From: Candidatus Woesearchaeota archaeon
Lineage (GTDB): Archaea; Nanobdellota; Nanobdellia; Woesearchaeales; UBA10216
Direction of reading: 5' to 3'
NCBI GenBank assembly: GCA_016180085.1
Contig: JACPBX010000018.1
Coordinates: 1-25,702, forward strand
DNA length: 25,702 nucleotides
Shown: piece by piece, positions 23,156-25,702 of the stretch
How positions within the stretch are numbered: the first letter of the stretch is position 1
Layout of the letters: every line of letters starts with the position of its first letter
Made by a program: the position numbers and the translations under genes
Notes under the pieces: model-generated
Databases searched by the model: none
Told to the model about the DNA's origin: nothing
Seen by the model: only the letters and a program-made list of their open reading frames with translations

Positions 23156-23425
23156 CTAGATGATTATTTCTTCAATTTCCTTCAGCTTCTTTATGTTAAG
23201 CTGATAAGCGTCGCCATGCTTGGTTCTTTTATAAAAAAGCACAATTTCTTCTTTGAGCAAATCGTCCAAAACCTGTTTCACAAAACCGGCTAAGTGGGAA
23301 GGAATGCCTTGCCGCAACCTTTCAAACAGCAGGTGGCCATGCACAAAAGCGCCATAAGCATAAAGCTTCTTCACAATATTTTTCCTGATTCGTAAATAGT
23401 CTGCAGGACTGATTCTTTTCGACAT
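23156..23425 (-). CDS. Small winged-helix-like protein of a family I recall from DPANN genomes, 89 aa
   Basis: MSKRISPADY...KKLY..G....H...ERL..GIPSHL.G.VK.....L.KE......T.HG..Y.LN....EI. ATG 23425 lies 25 nt after a TTAAAT box (23450-23455). The track's 27-aa extension to 23506 runs through non-coding hairpins. Confidence 0.7.
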   Translation of the reverse strand: MSKRISPADYLRIRKNIVKKLYAYGAFVHGHLLFERLRQGIPSHLAGFVKQVLDDLLKEEIVLFYKRTKHGDAYQLNIKKLKEIEEIII

Positions 23426-23534
23426 GCCACTAAAAGAGCAGGTTACTGCATTTAAGCATTGCCCGGGCACCTGTCCAGTGCAAATCGGCAGTGGCCGATT
23501 GCACATTCCGCATAGCGGAATTGTGTCCAGTGCT

Positions 23535-23566
23535 ATGACCCTTTTAGAAAAAGGTTCAATCCAAAA
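23535..23566. repeat. Direct repeat copy 2 (32 bp)
   Basis: ATGACCCTTTTAGAAAAAGGTTCAATCCAAAA; differs from copy 1 by two 1-nt indels. Confidence 0.85.
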
Positions 23567-23688
23567 ACTTACGAAAATTTTGAAAAATTTTCAATGAAAG
23601 CCGGATAATTTTCAAATAAACTTCTTATTTATAGCCTTTATCAGCTAAAAATAGAAATATTTATAAGTACGGAGATTTTGCTTAACTT

Positions 23689-24027
23689 ATGGCTAATGAG
23701 AGAACACTTTTTTTGAGGATATTCGGGGACAGCCCCGTACTCAGGGTTATGGACTTTTTGGTTGTCAATGACGACTTTGACTACAGCATGACAGACGTGG
23801 CCAAGCTTTCAGGGATTGGATATGCAACTTTGAAACTATTCTGGGGCACATTAGAAAAAAATGGCGTTGTGGCCAACACAAGAAGCGTTGGGAAAGCAAA
23901 GATGTACAGGCTGAACTTCGCCAATCCTGTTGTAAAAAGATTCAAAGAATTCTACTGGGAGACTGCAAAGCGTCAGCTGAAAATTTCTGATAAAAGACCA
24001 ATTAAGGTTATGCATCAATCAAGATAA
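23689..24027 (+). CDS. Winged-helix (ArsR-like) HTH transcription regulator, 112 aa
   Basis: 'FGDSPVLRVMDFL....FDYSMTDVAKLSGIGYATL...W..LE..GVV..TR.VGKAKMYRLN..NPVV'; TTTATAAG box about 22 nt upstream (leaderless). Confidence 0.85.
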   Translation: MANERTLFLRIFGDSPVLRVMDFLVVNDDFDYSMTDVAKLSGIGYATLKLFWGTLEKNGVVANTRSVGKAKMYRLNFANPVVKRFKEFYWETAKRQLKISDKRPIKVMHQSR

Positions 24028-24036
24028 GATAGAACA

Positions 24037-24070
24037 GAAAGAAAAATAAATAAAAATAAAAAAGAAAAGA
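24037..24070 (-). terminator. Long U-rich terminator of the S-layer-like gene
   Basis: Minus strand TCTTTTCTTTTTATTTTTATTTATTTTTCTTTCT immediately after the TGA at 24073. Confidence 0.65.
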
Positions 24071-24072
24071 AC

Positions 24073-25698
24073 TCAGTAGTAAGTCTGGGTTCCTTCCCCG
24101 CCCTCGCCCGGGCCCTTCATTCTCCTGAAGGCCATGACCAGCCCAACTATGACCAGCACGACTATCAGGGCAATCAGGCCGAGCTGCAACAGCTGTGCAA
24201 GGCTTGCAACACCTGCTGCCCCGCCAGCGCCTGCTACAACATTAGCAGACAATGGGAGCTCCTTCACAACGTCGCCCGCCTGGTCCTTGACCCTGACTAC
24301 GAACGTCTGCCCGCCAGCGCTTCCCGCCTTGGCTGAAACAAACACATAAACAGTCTGGCTGTCACCGCCCTTTACCGTCACCATGTTGCCGGGGCTGAGC
24401 TTGACAGTTGCCCAGTCAGAGCCGGCTACGGACAGGCTGTAGCTCTTTGTTTCCGAGCCCTCGTTCACAATCGTTATCGGGTATGCAACAGCCGCGCCGC
24501 CAGCCTCAACATTCTGTGGCTCAGCGCTGTAAGCTATCTTAACGCCGCCTGCCGAGACAGATGCAGGGCCTGCCGGGGCTTCGCATGGGCCCTTTGTGAC
24601 AGTCAGCTGCTCTTTTGCAGTTACCGTCTTGTCGCCCTCCTCAAAGGTGACTTCAGCCTTGACATCGTAAGTTCCAGGCTTTGCGCACGGGTCAATCCTG
24701 AGGAAAAACTCCTCTGAAGTTGCAGAATCCTCTGACTTCAGCTCATCCACGAAGTCCGGAGTTGCCGTAACACCGAGCTCAGGAATGCTGACCCTGATTT
24801 TGACGTCCCTTTCCGTCTTATCGCCAAGGTTCTTCACCCTGACAGTCGCCAGAACAGCCCTTCCGGCCTGGACAACGTCCTCGGGGTTGATGCTGAGGTC
24901 CTTGATGACAACCTCATGGGCTGACGGAGTTACCTTTATCCTGAAGTTTTCAACAATCTCATCATTGTCTCGGCCGCCAATCACCAGGCGAATTCTGTAC
25001 GTATCCTCGTCAACCCTGTCAGGCAGCGTGAGCTTTAACGTTTTAACATAGCTCACTCCCTTCTCAACGTCAAATGGGCTTGTCGAGTCGCTTATTGGCT
25101 CGCTCTTTGCAAACTCAAATCCGGTAACGAAAGCCCTTATCTCAACGTCCTTGGTATTTGCCAGGGCCGTAAGCTTGATCTTAAGCGTGAATTCCTCGCC
25201 CCTTTCAAGGTCGCGGACGTTTGTGCCTGAAGCGGAAAGCTCGAAGTTATCAACTTCGACGGCATCTATCTTGACCGGCACATTGTCACCTGTTGATGGA
25301 GCGCCTGAAACAACGATATCACCAGATACTGCCGAGCCAGACTCGCTGGTGCTCGTAGTTACCTGCGCAGTAAGCTTTGACTTCTGGTTAACAGTTGCCG
25401 CGGAAGGGACTGTTACGGTGAATGTAGCAACACATGAAAGCACAGAGCCGCAGTTGACTGACTGGGGCGAAACCGACCAGCCAAGGTCGCTTGCCACTGT
25501 AATCACCTGCATGAACTGGTTTGCAGTGGTGTCGTTTGCGGCTGAAACCGTTACATCAAATGTGGTTCCGGCAACAACGTTTGACGGAACACCTGAAAAG
25601 GAGACCTTTGGAGCGGCAGCGAGTGCTGACGAAGCCAGAACAAGCATGCTGACAATCGACATCAAAAGAACAACAAACACACTCTTGGACATATTCAT
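24073..25698 (-). CDS. Putative S-layer / CARDB-domain surface protein, C-terminally anchored, 541 aa (start close to window edge)
   Basis: Sec signal (ALA-A); several Ig-like domains including CARDB-like 'V.ATVRVKNLGDKTE.DVKIRVSIPELG'; TM 'LGLIALIVVLVIVGLVMAF' plus RR and a tail ending QTYY. Confidence 0.8.
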   Translation of the reverse strand: MNMSKSVFVVLLMSIVSMLVLASSALAAAPKVSFSGVPSNVVAGTTFDVTVSAANDTTANQFMQVITVASDLGWSVSPQSVNCGSVLSCVATFTVTVPSAATVNQKSKLTAQVTTSTSESGSAVSGDIVVSGAPSTGDNVPVKIDAVEVDNFELSASGTNVRDLERGEEFTLKIKLTALANTKDVEIRAFVTGFEFAKSEPISDSTSPFDVEKGVSYVKTLKLTLPDRVDEDTYRIRLVIGGRDNDEIVENFRIKVTPSAHEVVIKDLSINPEDVVQAGRAVLATVRVKNLGDKTERDVKIRVSIPELGVTATPDFVDELKSEDSATSEEFFLRIDPCAKPGTYDVKAEVTFEEGDKTVTAKEQLTVTKGPCEAPAGPASVSAGGVKIAYSAEPQNVEAGGAAVAYPITIVNEGSETKSYSLSVAGSDWATVKLSPGNMVTVKGGDSQTVYVFVSAKAGSAGGQTFVVRVKDQAGDVVKELPLSANVVAGAGGAAGVASLAQLLQLGLIALIVVLVIVGLVMAFRRMKGPGEGGEGTQTYY

Positions 25699-25702
25699 TT
25701 TC

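Noticed and set aside
23426..23506. 27-aa Cys-rich N-terminal extension of the small wHTH ORF
   Set aside because: Runs through hairpins, a repeat and a TATA-like box; Met at 23425 fits leaderless spacing.
23059..23566. CRISPR mini-array
   Set aside because: Only two repeats, 476 bp apart with a gene between them; no cas genes.

Overview
Archaeal DNA, as shown by BRE/TATA promoters, bulge-helix-bulge (BHB) tRNA introns and PGF-pre-PGF domains. A DPANN, Woesearchaeota-like source is an inference. Most of the window is a minus-strand cell-envelope locus: a 1284-aa PGF-pre-PGF glycoprotein, a membrane-anchored S8 subtilase with PGF-pre-PGF, a 450-aa anchored protein, a 1387-aa Ig-repeat protein with a class III-like signal peptide, and a 541-aa CARDB/S-layer-like protein. 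It is interrupted by (i) a plus-strand SxtJ-like / O-carbamoyltransferase / SGNH / DUF5989 operon, (ii) three small AT-rich cassettes (partial Fic-like gene plus BrnT-like/YgiT-AbrB pair; DUF5678 plus retropepsin-like protease; two divergent winged-helix genes with flanking direct repeats), and (iii) a tRNA-Trp(CCA) split by three introns. The anticodon intron carries a box C/D-type guide, and the tRNA shares one palindromic TATA with a divergent aromatic amino-acid permease. All family assignments come from motif recognition by eye; no database search was run.
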